A stretch of DNA of 64,000 nt. Source: an uncultured Phycisphaerales bacterium. GTDB lineage: Bacteria > Planctomycetota > Phycisphaerae > Sedimentisphaerales > Anaerobacaceae. The translations under genes and the position numbers were made by a program. The notes beneath the pieces are model-generated. The model did no database searches. It was not told the origin of the DNA and was given only the letters and a program-made list of their open reading frames with translations. The DNA is taken from the NCBI GenBank assembly GCA_963772725.1, contig CAVYYI010000001.1, positions 1-64,000 on the forward strand, in the 5' to 3' direction. Below are positions 11,801-22,761 of the stretch, one piece after another (position 1 is the stretch's first letter; every line of letters begins with the position of its first letter).

Positions 11801-13222
11801 CCTACATTGCTGGCTAATAATGGCGCAAGACATCGCATGGGTTCAGGTCTAATTCTTGGCAGCTTGATTGATTCTGAAACAGACGGCCAGCCTAATCTTG
11901 GCGCCTTCGGAGACGACCTTAGCAACATTGACGATGAAGACGGTGTTGTTCCAGTAAGTTCTCTTATTCCCGGCGGCCTGGCACGAATTGACGTTACTGT
12001 AACGGACCCAACAGGTGTCGCATTACTCAATGTATGGATTGACTATAACAGGGACGGAGACTGGGCAGACACGGGCGAACAGATTGAAACTGATTTGCCG
12101 GTAGTTAACGGTGTTAACAAGCTTATCTTCACAGTGCCAACCGGCTTGTCAGCTGGCACGACTTACGCACGTTTCCGTTTAAGCACACAGACAGGGTTGT
12201 CTTATACCGGCCTGGCACAGGATGGCGAAGTTGAGGATTATATGTTCCAGATTTTGCCGCCTCCTGATTGTGATTGGCCGAACGGCGACCCCAATACCAA
12301 TAAATGGGTACAACGGCCTGACCTGTCTGTTAACGGTATGGACGTGCGTGCTGATCACAATGACTGGACATACCGAGTTTTGGCTGATGATTTTGAATGC
12401 AACCATCCCGGCAAACTCACAGATATTCATTTCTGGGGCTCATGGAAAGGCGACCATAAAGGCACCATTGATAAAATTGAGGTCAGAATATACAACGATA
12501 GAATGAATCCGGGAGGCTACAGTGAGCCAAATCAGAATCTTTGGCAGTATCAATTTAGTTCCTCAGAATTTGATGAAAAGCTGTTTTCGCAGGTTTCGCC
12601 AGGTGAATGGTGGTGGGACCCATATTGGGGATACGGCGGCGGAATACAGAACGGCGATACAGAGATTTGGCAGTATAATATCTGCATCGACCCCAATATA
12701 GCGTTCTATCAGGAAGGAACTGCCGCGAGACCGCTGATTTACTGGCTGGCGATTAAAATATATCTGCCTGCGCCATCAATCGGTTATGAGTTTGGCTGGA
12801 AGACGTCTTACCAGCATTGGAACGATAATGCTGTTGTTTCACTTTCCAACGGTGCAAATTGGACGCCCATGATTTATCCGACAGGACATCCGTGGCACCC
12901 GAACCTGCAGCCGATTGATATGTCCTTTGTGATTACAAGAGAGGCTCCATGGGTGTATCCGCCATGCTGGGATTGGCCGACTCAGTGTCACGGTGATATT
13001 GCCGACCAAGACGGCGATGTTGATACTGTTGACTGGCCGGTTTTCAGAAGCGGTTTTGGGAAAGACTATCCGGTGATAGGTTATTTGAACAATGTATGTG
13101 CTGATTTGAATAGAGATGGTCATATCGACACGGTTGATTGGCCGGAGTTCAGAACACGTTTTGGCAAACCGAGTGTACCGTCAAATTGCGTACCAGGCGA
13201 CTACAACCATATTTTCCCGTAA
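8883..13222 (+). CDS. Large secreted modular protein: signal peptide, papain-like (C39/C10-type) Cys peptidase, four KWxQ..ADDF repeat domains (DUF7901-like), GEVED domain, dockerin-like C-terminus; frameshift near 11370
   Basis: WRHGCGPTTLGMVIGYYD and HFVPIVGYD; repeated LADDFxC..WGSW..YWL..FGWKTS..HWNDDAV..DLAF; DFGDAPD...GEVEDY; paired DxxxDGxVDxxDW loops. ORFs 8883-11426 and 11339-13222 join. Confidence 0.8.
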
Positions 13223-13246
13223 CACACTCAGACTGATGTGTTTTTC

Positions 13247-13280
13247 AAAGGGCTGTGAGAAATTCTCACAGCCCTTTTTT
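13247..13280. terminator. Intrinsic terminator, probably bidirectional
   Basis: aaagggctgtgaga-aat-tctcacagccctttttt between convergent genes. Confidence 0.85.
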
Positions 13281-13374
13281 ATTTCAGTGATTTTAGATAG
13301 AATCAGTGCCTTCGCTTTATAAGATGTAAGCGGCGCCAGCCTTATATGTTTGCATCTGGTACAGCCCTACGGTT

Positions 13375-14034
13375 TTAAAGCGATTTTTCGCCGGTTGTTT
13401 CTGCTTTATTGAGTTTATTCGGATCAATCGTCTTGTTTGATTCGGCGGGTTTATTGGTGTCAGCTGGGGTCGAGGGAGCTAACTTACGTGCCTTCTTTGC
13501 GATTTCTTTCTGTAGTTTGCTTATTATTTTCTCCGTAGTGTATCCATCGCCGCCCGAAACAAAACCGTTGACCAGATTGCATCCCACAGAAAGACATGAA
13601 ATATTGGCCTGCTGAGAGGCCTTGCTGTCAAAACCGATTTTCTTAACCGAGCTATCCTGCGCAAACGGGGTCATCGAAAACAGCAGACTCGCGAAATTCC
13701 AAACCAGGATTCCGGCTAAAAATCCGAGGAAACCTGAGCCGACAAAATCGAGTACAGCGGGGAATGATACGTTAAATTGTCCTGTAATGAGCGTATATGA
13801 TATTCCATGGAGAATCACAAAGGCCGCTATCGCCGTAAGAAGCATCGCTATAATATCGCTATACATCGTATCGCCCGCCGCGGGAATAAAATCCATAACC
13901 GTAGGCCAGAGGAAAATTGCCAGAAAGATGGCTATGGTGATATTAAAGAGCATGGCCCAGCTTTGATAGAAGCCTATCTTAACCGCGCCTAATGCGAAGA
14001 ATCCCGCAACAAGTATTCCAAGCCAGAATGCCAT
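13375..14034 (-). CDS. CvpA-like membrane protein
   Basis: Four TM segments, KIGFY start motif, LDFVGSGFLGFLAG. Confidence 0.6.
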   Translation of the reverse strand: MAFWLGILVAGFFALGAVKIGFYQSWAMLFNITIAIFLAIFLWPTVMDFIPAAGDTMYSDIIAMLLTAIAAFVILHGISYTLITGQFNVSFPAVLDFVGSGFLGFLAGILVWNFASLLFSMTPFAQDSSVKKIGFDSKASQQANISCLSVGCNLVNGFVSGGDGYTTEKIISKLQKEIAKKARKLAPSTPADTNKPAESNKTIDPNKLNKAETTGEKSL

Positions 14035-14039
14035 AAACT

Positions 14040-15623
14040 TTATCCTACTACTCTTTTGACTTCTTCGAGACTTGTCTGTCCAACCAATACCCTTCTCATT
14101 CCTTCTTTATACAGATTGACTCGTCCCTGTTCATCGCCTTTACTTCTAAATTCGGACACAAGCAAATCATTATTAGCGATACTGGATTTAAGCTTATTGT
14201 CGAGCGCCAGTATATCGCATATCGCCGTTCTTCCATAATAGCCGGTTCCGTTACAGTGGGCGCAGCCTCGAGCCTGATAAATATTCTCACAATTGATATT
14301 TCGCTTGCTGAAACTTTCAATTTGCGATTCGTTCAGTTGCGCCTGAACCTTACACTCTTCGCATAGCAGCCTCACCAGCCGTTGAGAGAAAACAAGGTTA
14401 AGTCCTGACGCCATCATTACAGGTTTAACGCCCAAATCAAGCAGTCTCACCAATGCCGCTCCATTGCTGTTGCTGTGGACGGTCGCAAGCACGAGATGGC
14501 CTGTCTGTGCCGCGCGAAGAGCGATAGAAGCTGTTTCTTCGTCCCTTATTTCACCCACACAGATAACATCAGGGTCCTGCCTGAGGATGCTTCGCAATGC
14601 CTTTGCAAATGTGATATCGGCTTTAGCGTTAACTTCAATCTGGCTGGCGTTGGGCAACACACATTCAATCGGGTCTTCTACCGTGACGACATTTCGCGTA
14701 AAAAGGTCGATTTCATTGAGCATACCGTATAAAGTTGTTGTTTTTCCGCTGCCGGTAGGCCCGCACACCAGCACCATACCCGAAGGCTTCAAAACGGCCT
14801 CCCTGATAATGGCTTTCTGGTTCTCAGGAAAACCGGCATTATTAAGCGTCAGTGTGCCGGCGTTGCGATTAAGTATTCTTACGGATAGTTTTTCGCCGTT
14901 GATTACTCCGGCACTGGCCACTCTGAATGAAGAAGTCCCGTCATCAGTTTTCGCAATAAAAGAGCCGTCCTGTGGTCTGCGTCTTTCGGCAATATCCATT
15001 CCGGAAAGTGCCTTGATACTGTTCACCACAGCTTTGCAGGTACTGGTGTCAATCTGTTTGACATTTCGCAATACCCCATCGACTCGAAATCGTATTGTGT
15101 ATTCGGAGGAGTCCTTCGGATCTACAAGAATATCGCTCGCACGCTGCTCAAGAGCGTCGAGAATAATATCTTCGGTTAAATCGAGGATATGCCTGTCCTG
15201 CTTCTTATTTTTGCCTTGCCCGCATACTTCTTTTATGCTTCTGCCAGATGAATCCATAAGAATTATCACCGGGGCGGCGTTCGAAGCCATAAAATTTGAA
15301 GATTTTATTTTCGAAATAATATTCCATAATTGCTCTTTTATTCTCTCGGGAAAACTCTGATTTCCGTATGAGCGTTTTTTGACCGTGTCGATAACAAGCA
15401 AAATCCCAAGTAATACAGGTCCGATAAAAAGCGTAACTATATTAGCGATGGATTTGTAATTCTTCGGTATCAGCGTGCTTGACTGGACGAGCTGGACAAA
15501 ATAAAGGCACAGATATACCCATCCAATCAGGATAACCAGTTTTACTATGCTGAAAGTTATTATCGCCTGAACAGCAGGAATAACAAAAACTGTTCCGCAT
15601 AACCAGTTTTGAGCAATCATCAA
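14040..15623 (-). CDS. GspE/PilB-family secretion ATPase with N-terminal TM segments
   Basis: ASDILVDP, RFRVDG, ERRRPQDG, Walker A GPTGSGKTTT, LRQDPDVICVGEIRD, TGHLVLATVH, Zn-Cys pairs. Confidence 0.92.
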   Translation of the reverse strand: MMIAQNWLCGTVFVIPAVQAIITFSIVKLVILIGWVYLCLYFVQLVQSSTLIPKNYKSIANIVTLFIGPVLLGILLVIDTVKKRSYGNQSFPERIKEQLWNIISKIKSSNFMASNAAPVIILMDSSGRSIKEVCGQGKNKKQDRHILDLTEDIILDALEQRASDILVDPKDSSEYTIRFRVDGVLRNVKQIDTSTCKAVVNSIKALSGMDIAERRRPQDGSFIAKTDDGTSSFRVASAGVINGEKLSVRILNRNAGTLTLNNAGFPENQKAIIREAVLKPSGMVLVCGPTGSGKTTTLYGMLNEIDLFTRNVVTVEDPIECVLPNASQIEVNAKADITFAKALRSILRQDPDVICVGEIRDEETASIALRAAQTGHLVLATVHSNSNGAALVRLLDLGVKPVMMASGLNLVFSQRLVRLLCEECKVQAQLNESQIESFSKRNINCENIYQARGCAHCNGTGYYGRTAICDILALDNKLKSSIANNDLLVSEFRSKGDEQGRVNLYKEGMRRVLVGQTSLEEVKRVVG

Positions 15624-15891
15624 TATCTTTACCTCGAAAGTTTAGTATGCCGGCTTTAGAGAGATATACCGCAAACAATGATATAATAATATCTTTTCAT
15701 TTTATTTTCAAGTATAAAACCCCCGTTTTTTGAGCTTAATTTTCTTGACAGCGTCGCTAAATTAAGGTTAAATAATAGTATCTGTTCAGTTGGGAACTAT
15801 GTAGATGCAGGTTTAAATTGTACGCAAGCTGCGGCGATACTGTTGTTATTAGGAAGGAGTAATGATAATTTTTTTTGGGGGGGCAGCGGAA

Positions 15892-17570
15892 ATGAGAATG
15901 GCAAAGCAATATAGAATTTTGCGAATAGATTTAATAATAATTCCGCTTATTGTTTTAACGGTGGTCTGCGAGACAAAAGGGGATTGCGGGTGTCTGCCTA
16001 AATCACAGGAGCAGGCAACTGTCGTCTCTGCAGGCAAACTAACTGACTGCAATAACACTATTGACCCTTTTACACGGGGTCAGGAAAAAGTAAATGTTAT
16101 TGTCAATCTCACGGAGCCCGTAGAAACAAAGACCAGAACCGACTGGAATTCAAAGCGCTCTATGAAAGTACTGCATGATGAGATAAAAGCTGTTCAGGCT
16201 TCGGTATTGTCTGGTTTGAGCGGCAATGAATTCAATCTGAGACATTGCTTTGATAACCAGGCAGGATTTTCAGGAGAGGTTACATTGGCAGGCCTGCAAA
16301 AGCTTGAAAACGATAGCCGCGTGGAATCGATTGAGCCTGTTTATTTTTGGGATGCTCATCTCAGGCAGGGAATTCCCCTGATGCATGCTGATACCTGTCG
16401 TTCAGCTTATAATGGGCAGGGGGTTGCTATCGCCATTTGCGATACTGGAGTTGATTACACGCATCCTATGCTTGGTGGCGGCGGTTTTCCAAACAATAAG
16501 GTTATAGGCGGTTATAACTTTGGCGATGGAACTTCAGACCCTTTACCTAATGGTGAGGCGCACGGCACCTGCTGCGCCGGAATAGCGGCGGGAAGTCTGG
16601 GCAGGGTGAGTGACTACATCGGCGGTGTCGCCTATAACGCTAAACTCTACGCCCTGAAAATTACCTCAGGTTCTACTGGCAGCGCAGCAACCGACGTTAT
16701 TGCCGCTGCGTGGGACTGGTGTGTAACACACAAAAATGACGACCCTAATAATCCTATACTCGTAATCAGCACCAGTTTTGGCGGAGGACGTTATTATAGC
16801 GCCTGCGATAGCGCGACGCCTTCTCTGACTACTGCGGCCAACGATGCTGTTGCGGCGGGAATTACAGTTCTCGCCTCTTCCGGTAACGAAGGATATTGTG
16901 ATTCAATAGCCAACCCTGCCTGCATATCGAGCATCATTTCGGTAGGTGCGGTTTATGACGCTGCTTTCGGGACTTACTTGCCGTGTATTACAAGACAATC
17001 GTGTGCGCAGACCAGGACAAGAACAAACGGTTGCAGCACACATTATTACGCCACCGATAATACTGTTGCGGATATGGTAACTTCGTATTCCAATACTGCG
17101 TCATTTCTCACTTTGCTGGCGTCGTCAAACCAGTGTTATACTACGGATATTGTCGGTTCAGGCGGATACTCATCGGGGGACTATTACAGTTCATTTGGCG
17201 GCACTTCCGCTGCGACCCTTATGCCGCTGGCGCGGTAGCGTGTTTGCAGCAGGCGGCAAAGGCAATAACGGGAAACTGGCTCTCGCCCGCAGAGGTAAGA
17301 ACAGTTTTAACAGGGACAGGCGATAATATTACCGACGGCAAAGTGGCGATAACTAAGCCGCGAATAAACCTGGCCAAGGCTGTCAGGCATTATATGCTGG
17401 GCGATATTGATGGCGACTGCAAAGTTGAGTTTCTGGATGTGGCGAGGCTTGCGGATAATTGGCTTTGGACGGGTGCAGCTGGCTCAATTCCGGAGGATAT
17501 TGTACAGGACGGCACTGTTGATTTTGCTGATTTCGCGACTTTAGCTCAACAATGGCGCGACGGAATTTAA
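15892..17570 (+). CDS. Secreted S8 subtilisin-like peptidase with C-terminal dockerin; frameshift near 17215
   Basis: Triad ICDTGVD / AHGTCCAG / FGGTSAA, then PYAAGAVA in the next frame; GDIDGDCKVEFLD and DIVQDGTVDFAD. Confidence 0.88.
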
Positions 17571-17806
17571 TTAGCGAGGTGTTATTCGTCAAGGGTGAAA
17601 CGTAGATAGACCCGTCAGATTTTTAATTTTGTGTATTATTTAGTTCGGAATCGGCTGATTTTGTTTTAGTTACTGATTCGGCTTTTAATTTTTCCAATTC
17701 TGCTTTTGCCTTCTCCGCAAGAGCGGCAGTTTTTTCAGCGGCAGGGGGATATTTCAGATTGTTTTTGTTAGACATAAATGTATTTTTCTGGTATTTTTCC
17801 GTGCTT

Positions 17807-19144
17807 ATGCCGAAGAGACATAACATAACAGTAGGATTTATCTCGCTAGGCTGTCCGAAGAATATAGTGGACAGTGAGAAGATGCTGGGTGAGATTGTTC
17901 AGGCGGGTTTTATCATAAACGCTAATCCGGATAACGCTGACGTAGTGGTTATCAATACATGCGGGTTTATTGAGCCAGCTAAGGCGGAGGCGATAGATGT
18001 GATAAAACATGCGCTGTGGTGCAAACACAAAGGCAGGGTAAAAAAAGTAATCGTGGCGGGGTGTCTTTCGGAGAGGATGGGGAAAGGGTTATTTGCGGAG
18101 GCCAAAGGAATTGACGCCATAGTGGGTTTGGGGCAGCGGGACAACATCGTGAAGATAATTGAAAAAACGATTTACGTGAGCGGGCCGCGGGTATATCTGG
18201 GGCATACCTGCGATGCGGTCAATGATGACAGGGCCAGGCTGCTGATAACGCCGTCTCATTCGGCCTATCTGCGTATCAGCGAGGGGTGCGATCATAAATG
18301 CACGTTTTGTACGATACCGGCGATTCGGGGGCGGTTCAGGAGTAAGCCTGTGGAGATGATTTTGGCCGAGGCGGAGGAGCTTGCTGGTGCGGGGGTGGTT
18401 GAATTGAACCTGATAGCGCAGGATACGGCGTATTATGGGAAAGACCTGAAGATGCAGAACGGGCTGGCGGTGTTGCTGGGGGAACTTGAGAAGATTGAGC
18501 GTTTGAAGTGGTTGCGGATTATGTATCTTTATCCGGTTGGGGTGACGGATGAATTAATCGGGACTATATCTGTGAGCAAAAAAATCCTTCGCTATCTCGA
18601 TATTCCAATTCAGCACATAAATAATCAGATTCTCAGGGAGATGGGCAGGCCTGACAGCAAAGAAATGATTATGGAGATGATTGAGCGATTGCGGAGGGCG
18701 ATGCCGGACGTGGTTTTACGGACTACGGTGATTGTGGGCTTTCCCGATGAGACGGATGAGCAGTTCGCGGAGCTGGTGGAATTTATCAAGTGGGCGAAGT
18801 TCGATGCGCTGGGCGCGTTTCGGTATTACGCGGAAGATGGTACGGCGGCAGGGGCGATGGCGAACCAGATACGCAGTGACATAAAGCAAAAGCGGCTGGA
18901 CGAATTGATGCTGACTCAGCAGCAGATTGCTTTTGAGAAAAATAAAGGGCGAATCGGCAGTACGGTGGCGTGCCTGATAGATTCGGCGGACAAGGGTAGT
19001 TCGGGCAGAGGGCGGTTTTACGGGCAGGCGCCGGATATTGACAGTGTGTGTATTGTTAGAAATTGCCGTGCGGTGGTCGGGAGTATTGTCCCTGTGCGGG
19101 TGATTGAGACACAGGATTATGATTTGATAGTTCAGCAAATTTAA
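17807..19144 (+). CDS. rimO: Ribosomal protein S12 methylthiotransferase
   Basis: SLGCPKNIVDSE, NTCGFI, EGCDHKCTFCTIP, GQAPDID. Confidence 0.95.
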   Translation: MPKRHNITVGFISLGCPKNIVDSEKMLGEIVQAGFIINANPDNADVVVINTCGFIEPAKAEAIDVIKHALWCKHKGRVKKVIVAGCLSERMGKGLFAEAKGIDAIVGLGQRDNIVKIIEKTIYVSGPRVYLGHTCDAVNDDRARLLITPSHSAYLRISEGCDHKCTFCTIPAIRGRFRSKPVEMILAEAEELAGAGVVELNLIAQDTAYYGKDLKMQNGLAVLLGELEKIERLKWLRIMYLYPVGVTDELIGTISVSKKILRYLDIPIQHINNQILREMGRPDSKEMIMEMIERLRRAMPDVVLRTTVIVGFPDETDEQFAELVEFIKWAKFDALGAFRYYAEDGTAAGAMANQIRSDIKQKRLDELMLTQQQIAFEKNKGRIGSTVACLIDSADKGSSGRGRFYGQAPDIDSVCIVRNCRAVVGSIVPVRVIETQDYDLIVQQI

Positions 19145-19181
19145 TGTTGAATTAAATCGGGAATGAAATTAAACTTGAAGT

Positions 19182-19787
19182 ATGTATAGATTTATACCGA
19201 ACACATTGACACTTGGTCGGCTTGTGCTGACGATAATTTTTCTGGCGATGGTTTTATATTCGCCCCGTCACGAGAACGCTTCGCGTTTTCTGGATGTTGC
19301 GTTTGTTATTTTTGTGATAGCGGGGCTTACGGATATTGTTGACGGTGCTATCGCAAGGAAACTGAATGTCGCGAGCAAATTCGGCAGGATTCTGGACCCG
19401 CTTGTTGATAAGGTGCTTGTGTGCGGAGCGTTTATCTGTTTTGCGTTAATCGGTGAGCCGAAACTTTTTAATTTTTCAAAACCTGTTCTTGGTTTAATTC
19501 ACTGGGGGACAGCGGCTGTGCTGATTCTCAGGGAGGTTTATGTTACGATTCTGCGGCATATCGCGGAGGCGCGGGGAGTGAATTTCGCGGCGACTTTTTC
19601 GGGAAAAATCAAGATGTTGCTTCAGTCGTTCGCGATTGGTACAGTGATGGTAAAAATGGCACACGTGCAGACGGCGCAATGGGGATACTGGTTCACGAGT
19701 GTTATGTACGCTGTTATGATAATCGTTACGGTAATTTCGGGGTTCCGTGCGACGCAGAGACATTCCTGGAAGCAGGCGGTTTCCTAA
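19182..19787 (+). CDS. pgsA: CDP-alcohol phosphatidyltransferase (PgsA-like)
   Basis: PNTLTLGR, TDIVDGAIARK...GRILDPLVDK; follows rimO. Confidence 0.88.
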   Translation: MYRFIPNTLTLGRLVLTIIFLAMVLYSPRHENASRFLDVAFVIFVIAGLTDIVDGAIARKLNVASKFGRILDPLVDKVLVCGAFICFALIGEPKLFNFSKPVLGLIHWGTAAVLILREVYVTILRHIAEARGVNFAATFSGKIKMLLQSFAIGTVMVKMAHVQTAQWGYWFTSVMYAVMIIVTVISGFRATQRHSWKQAVS

Positions 19788-20869
19788 TCAGGGGTGAAGG
19801 CTTTGTCCCAGTCTTTCCAGACGGGTTCGAAGCCTTGTGATTTAATCATAGAGGCGACTTGGGTGGGGGAGCGGGAATCGTTTACTTCAAATTGTTCGAC
19901 GGCGTCGGAGTGTTCGGAATAGCCTCCGGGGCTGGTTTTGCTGCCTGCGCTCATCCTGGTTATGCCAAGAGTTACAAGATGGTCGCGGAGGGTGGCGTTT
20001 TCGCGGGTTGAGATAACCATGCCTGCATCGGCAAAGCACAGGCGAAGGGCGAGAATCATCTGGACAAGCTCTTTGTCGGTGAGGATGTGTTTGAACTGCT
20101 GGCCGCCGACTTTGAAAGCAGGGCGCAGTCTGGGGAATGAAAACGATATGTGGCTTTGCCAGTATTTCTTCATTAAATAATGGGCGTGTTCTGCCAAAGC
20201 GAATGTCTCACTACGCCAATTCGCCAGACCCAGCAGTGCCCCAATACCGATTTCTCTCATACCAGCCGAACCTATATCATCGGGTGCTTGTAATCTTCTG
20301 TCATAATCGGATTTTGGGCCGGCGGGGTGGTAACAGGCGTAGAGGTTTCTGTCGTAGGTTTCTTGGTAAATGGTGACACCGTCGATACCAGCCTCGAAAA
20401 GTCTGGCGTATTCGTCGCGGGTCATCTGGTATATCTCAATGGAAATTGAGCTGAATTTGTTTCGCAGTTTTTTTGCGAGTTCAGCCAGATAATCGACGTT
20501 GATAAATTTTCTGTCTTCGCTGCTAACCAGAAGTAAATCGCGGAAACCTTCGGATGCGATGATGTCGGCATTTTTTAGGGCTTCGTCGATGGAGAGTCTT
20601 GTTCGGGCGAAATCGGTTTTTCTGTTGAAGCCGCAATATAGACAACTATTGATACAGTAGTTAGAGAGGTATAGGGGAGCGTATAATTTTATAGTTCGGC
20701 CGAATCGCTGGATGGTTAGTTGGTGGGCGGCCTGTGCCATTTGCTCAAGGTAACCCTGTGCGGCGGGGGAGATAAACGCGGTTAGACGCTGGGGAGTATA
20801 TGTTCCGGGGATGTCGGCGAGAGCTTTTTCAACAGCGGTTTTATTTATATTGTCGAACATTTTATTCAT
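19784..20869 (-). CDS. thiH: 2-iminoacetate synthase (radical SAM)
   Basis: [50 protein letters not shown]. Confidence 0.95.
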   Translation of the reverse strand: MNKMFDNINKTAVEKALADIPGTYTPQRLTAFISPAAQGYLEQMAQAAHQLTIQRFGRTIKLYAPLYLSNYCINSCLYCGFNRKTDFARTRLSIDEALKNADIIASEGFRDLLLVSSEDRKFINVDYLAELAKKLRNKFSSISIEIYQMTRDEYARLFEAGIDGVTIYQETYDRNLYACYHPAGPKSDYDRRLQAPDDIGSAGMREIGIGALLGLANWRSETFALAEHAHYLMKKYWQSHISFSFPRLRPAFKVGGQQFKHILTDKELVQMILALRLCFADAGMVISTRENATLRDHLVTLGITRMSAGSKTSPGGYSEHSDAVEQFEVNDSRSPTQVASMIKSQGFEPVWKDWDKAFTPD

Positions 20870-21635
20870 TTCGTAAAAAGCCAGTCAGGGGGCTTGAGGC
20901 GGAAGCTTTTTTGCCTGCTGCGCCTGCACCGGCGAGGAATGCCATACGTCCTGCCTCAACTGCGAGTTTGAATGCCTCGGCCATTTCGGGGGGATTGCTC
21001 GCGGTGGCGATGGCGGTGTTGACGAGTACGGCATCGGCGCCCATTTCCATCGCTTCGGCGGCGTGTGAGGGCAGTCCGAGGCCGGCATCGACGACGACGG
21101 GAATGTTGGCCTGCTCGATTATGATTTCAATCGCGGAGCGGGTCTTTAGTCCCTGATTTGAGCCGATGGGGCTGGCCAGGGGCATTACGGTGGCGGTTCC
21201 GGCGTCTTCGAGTTTTTTGGCCAGTATGGGGTCGGCATTAATATAAGGGAGAACGACGAAGCCTTCTTTGACGAGGATTTCCGCGGCTTTGAGCGTTTCG
21301 ATGGGGTCGGGCAGGAGATAATAGGGGTCGGGGGTAACCTCGAGTTTGACCCAGTTGATGCCTGTGGCGGCTCTGGCAAGTCTTGAGAGGCGGACGGCTT
21401 CATCGGCGTTTCTGGCGCCGGAGGTGTTGGGCAGCAGGAGATATTTGTGCTGGTCGATGGCCGCGAGGAGGTTATCGTTTTTATTTTCGATATCCACTCT
21501 GCGGAGGGCGACGGTAACAATCTCGGCGGATGCTTTTTCGATTGCCTTTGCCATTATTTCGTTTGAGGCGAATTTGCCGGTTCCGACAAGCAGGCGCGAT
21601 TTAAATTTTTTGCCAGCGATAATCAATTCATCCAT
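20862..21635 (-). CDS. thiG: Thiazole synthase
   Basis: [34 protein letters not shown]. Confidence 0.97.
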   Translation of the reverse strand: MDELIIAGKKFKSRLLVGTGKFASNEIMAKAIEKASAEIVTVALRRVDIENKNDNLLAAIDQHKYLLLPNTSGARNADEAVRLSRLARAATGINWVKLEVTPDPYYLLPDPIETLKAAEILVKEGFVVLPYINADPILAKKLEDAGTATVMPLASPIGSNQGLKTRSAIEIIIEQANIPVVVDAGLGLPSHAAEAMEMGADAVLVNTAIATASNPPEMAEAFKLAVEAGRMAFLAGAGAAGKKASASSPLTGFLRNE

Positions 21636-21638
21636 ATA

Positions 21639-21851
21639 TTATCCTCCTGGGACAAAGCGTATCAGTTCGATATTTTGTCCCTTAGTAAGCTTAGTTTGTG
21701 TAAATTTTTCACGTTCGATAATTTGGCCGTCGATTTCCGCTACGACTGTGGCGGTATCGATATTCAATTGGTTGAGCAGTTCCGTGAGTGTCGCGGGGAA
21801 GCTGTTCTGGGGAAATTCTTTTTCGTGGCCGTTAATTTTTAATGTTTCCAT
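21639..21851 (-). CDS. thiS: Sulfur carrier protein
   Basis: 70 aa ubiquitin-like protein ending FVPGG. Confidence 0.93.
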   Translation of the reverse strand: METLKINGHEKEFPQNSFPATLTELLNQLNIDTATVVAEIDGQIIEREKFTQTKLTKGQNIELIRFVPGG

Positions 21852-21859
21852 TTTTTGAC

Positions 21860-22453
21860 CTACTTAAAAATTTCATCAACAATCAGTTCGATAATGGCGT
21901 TAGCCTGATGGCTGGCGGCAATCCAGACTCTGGCGGCTGTAAGGAAGCCGTTGGAGTCGATTCCGGTTTGGCAGTCACCGACAAGTATTAGTCTTTTTGA
22001 GATTCGCTGGGTTTTTATTGCGTTGCTGTTTCCGTAGCCTGCAAGACCGCTGGCGGAGACTATGGGCTTATTTGTCTTTGCGAGTATTGTTTCGACGAGC
22101 ATCTGTTTTTCCTGTGCTTTATCGAAGCATTCAGCGATTATATCCGCGGAGGCGAAAATAGTCAGTACGTTTTTGGGGTCGAGTTTGACGTTGTGGGTTT
22201 CGAGTTTAATGGCTGGATTTATGCGGCGGAGGTTTTCAATGGTGGCGCCGACTTTGTTTTGGCCTATCTGGTCGGCGAAATAATGCTGGCGGTTGAGGTT
22301 GCTTTTGTCAACGATGTCGAAATCGGCGAGGATGAGTTTGCCTATACCGGCTCTGGTAAGAGCGGCGGCTACGGTTGAGCCTAAACCGCCGAGACCGGCA
22401 ATGCCAATTGTTGCCCGGCTTAATTTTTTGTTTATCGAAGTCATTTCCGTCAT
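21860..22453 (-). CDS. thiF: ThiS adenylyltransferase
   Basis: GIAGLGGLGS, DFDIVDKSNLNRQ, ASHQAN. Confidence 0.92.
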   Translation of the reverse strand: MTEMTSINKKLSRATIGIAGLGGLGSTVAAALTRAGIGKLILADFDIVDKSNLNRQHYFADQIGQNKVGATIENLRRINPAIKLETHNVKLDPKNVLTIFASADIIAECFDKAQEKQMLVETILAKTNKPIVSASGLAGYGNSNAIKTQRISKRLILVGDCQTGIDSNGFLTAARVWIAASHQANAIIELIVDEIFK

Positions 22454-22454
22454 A

Positions 22455-22490
22455 AATAAAAAATGCACCCCTGCAAGGAGTGCATTAAAA
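22455..22490 (-). terminator. Terminator/expression platform of the TPP riboswitch
   Basis: Minus strand aatgcactccttgcaggggtgcatt followed by a T run, between aptamer and thiF. Confidence 0.7.
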
Positions 22491-22511
22491 GTTAAAGCTT
22501 AAAACTATTTT

Positions 22512-22618
22512 AACGCCTTCCTTCGCAGGTTCTAACCTGAGCAGGTTCAAGGGTCATTCCGAATCGTCGGAATATCTCAGCGTCAGCCAAAACTTCGGCC
22601 TTTAGCTCCCCTGGCTAC
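22512..22618 (-). promoter_or_regulatory. TPP riboswitch
   Basis: Minus strand GGGGAGC...GCTGAGA...GACCCTTGAACCTG.TCAGGTTAGAACCTGCGAAGGAAG, upstream of thiFSGH. Confidence 0.95.
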
Positions 22619-22661
22619 TTAAAACTTTAAGTTTTTGCAGGGCGGAATTTATCCTACCCTA

Positions 22662-22688
22662 CTGGATACCTGCTTTTGCGGGTATGAC
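22662..22688. repeat. REP-like palindrome (GTCATACCCGCAAAAGCAGGTATCCAG on minus strand)
   Basis: Matches the widespread GTCATTCCCGCGAAAGCGGGAATCCAG-type element. Confidence 0.55.
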
Positions 22689-22761
22689 AAAAAGCAAAAA
22701 AAATTTCAATGTCATAATACCATTAAATTCAAAGAGTAACAAGTTTTTTCAGGAAAAAGTA

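Noticed and set aside
14464..15360. Long antisense ORFs (also 3488-4171, 26334-27200, 10326-10970)
   Set aside because: Shadows of well-supported genes on the opposite strand.
17623..17826. Small Ala/Lys-rich ORF divergent from rimO
   Set aside because: Overlaps the rimO promoter region and has no motif; possibly a remnant but unsupported.
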